From: Patescibacteria group bacterium
Lineage (GTDB): Bacteria; Patescibacteriota; Minisyncoccia; Moranbacterales; GWC2-37-73
Assembly (NCBI GenBank): GCA_022709565.1
Contig: JAKLIO010000002.1
Coordinates: 1 to 60,138 of the forward strand
Direction of reading: 5' to 3'
Length of the DNA stretch: 60,138 nucleotides
Below, one piece after another: positions 59,718 to 60,138 of this stretch. Made by a program: the position numbers and the translations under genes. The number at the start of each line of letters is the position of its first letter. Position 1 is the first letter of the stretch. The notes beneath the pieces were generated by a model that saw nothing but the letters and a program-made list of their open reading frames with translations, was not told the DNA's origin and ran no database searches.

Positions 59718-59800
59718 GGGAAAGGGGTCGGGAAAACGGGAGTTTTCCCGGGGTGGAAATATTAAAACCGCAAGGTTTTAAGGAGGAGCAAAGCGACGAC
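59718..59800 (+). repeat. tRNA-linked conserved element, copy 3, between tRNA-Lys and tRNA-Arg
   Basis: gggaaaggggtcgggaaaacgggagttttcccggggtggaaatattaaaaccgcaaggtttta...aaagcga matches the cores of copies 1 and 2. It is in the same orientation relative to its upstream tRNA and directly abuts the tRNA-Arg 5' end. Confidence 0.75.
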
Positions 59801-59872
59801 GCCCTCATAGTTCAATGGATAGAACACCAGCCTTCTAAGCTGGTTATGTAGGTTCGATTCCTACTGAGGGTA
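59801..59872 (+). tRNA. tRNA-Arg (anticodon UCU)
   Basis: Hand-folded cloverleaf: acceptor GCCCTCA/TGAGGGT, D arm GTTC-AATGGATA-GAAC, anticodon stem CCAGC/GCTGG with loop CTTCTAA, T arm GTAGG-TTCGATT-CCTAC. Confidence 0.85.
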
Positions 59873-59959
59873 CAAAAGTGACTTATTATTGGTTTGTGGA
59901 TGTTTTTCAGAAACCGGACTATTGACATGCTCTATTTTTTACATTATACTTATTGGCAT

Positions 59960-60138
59960 ATGCCTCAAGTAAACTGTAAAATATGCAAAAAAGAATTCTA
60001 TGCTAAGCCCAGCTGGATAAAAAATGGGCTGGGTAAATATTGTTCTAAAGGTTGCATGCAAAAAGGATTGCTAAGGGGTGAGATGAAAAGATGCTTTATT
60101 TGCAATGCAGAGGTTTATAAATCAAGAAAAGCGTTGCT
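59960..60138 (+). CDS. Zinc-ribbon protein, 3' end cut by the window edge; possibly the N-terminus of an HNH-type endonuclease-like protein
   Basis: My translation is MPQVNCKICKKEFYAKPSWIKNGLGKYCSKGCMQKGLLRGEMKRCFICNAEVYKSRKAL. The CxxC...CxxxC repeats are the only evidence for function. Confidence 0.35.
   Translation, partial: MPQVNCKICKKEFYAKPSWIKNGLGKYCSKGCMQKGLLRGEMKRCFICNAEVYKSRKAL

Noticed and set aside
1-60138. Alternative genetic code, such as UGA recoding in some candidate phyla.
   Set aside because: All long conserved genes (uvrA, uvrB, rpoB, rpoC, valS, ftsK) are read full-length with the standard bacterial code, and no conserved gene is fragmented at TGA. Code 11 is sufficient.

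Overview
AT-rich, small-gene bacterial window. Most housekeeping genes lack a Shine-Dalgarno sequence. The style suggests a Patescibacteria/CPR-like genome, but that is inference, not a database hit.

Housekeeping content:
- Nucleotide-excision-repair and SOS genes: a partial uvrA paralog, uvrC, full uvrA, uvrB, recA, lexA.
- rpsF-ssb-rpsR, efp, a rodZ-like gene, ftsK, rpoB-rpoC.
- Cell-wall genes: a PBP1, an amidase, an L,D-transpeptidase, VanW.
- tsaD, valS, an hsp20-family gene, trxA with an FTR-like gene, an ECF-type sigma factor.
- Five tRNAs: Gly-CCC, Gly-UCC, Glu-UUC, Lys-CUU, Arg-UCU.

What stands out is the density of miniature repeat elements:
1. A 45-nt GC-rich palindrome with no stop codon in any of the six frames. 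It sits in frame inside uvrC, uvrA and uvrB. It also splits a duplicated tRNA-Glu 5' half, which gives a filled-versus-empty site comparison within this one window.
2. Further hairpin and AT-rich repeat families that also sit in frame in uvrA, uvrB, uvrC and tsaD.
3. A conserved element of about 110 nt found three times, always next to a tRNA. Two copies are followed by a displaced remnant of that tRNA's 3' end. Those same two tRNAs are immediately preceded by endonuclease-like ORFs (GIY-YIG and LAGLIDADG-like).
4. An accessory island between lexA and rpoC (about 20.7-28.0 kb). Its genes are unrelated single-gene units separated by conserved junction modules. It contains an SF2 helicase with zinc ribbons, a Cys-rich protein, small unknown proteins, a 389-aa unknown, an HD hydrolase and a CYTH/CyaB-like protein.
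5. Two direct repeats of about 266 bp bracketing a 6.3-kb segment.

No rRNA, CRISPR array, integrase or transposase was seen in the window.
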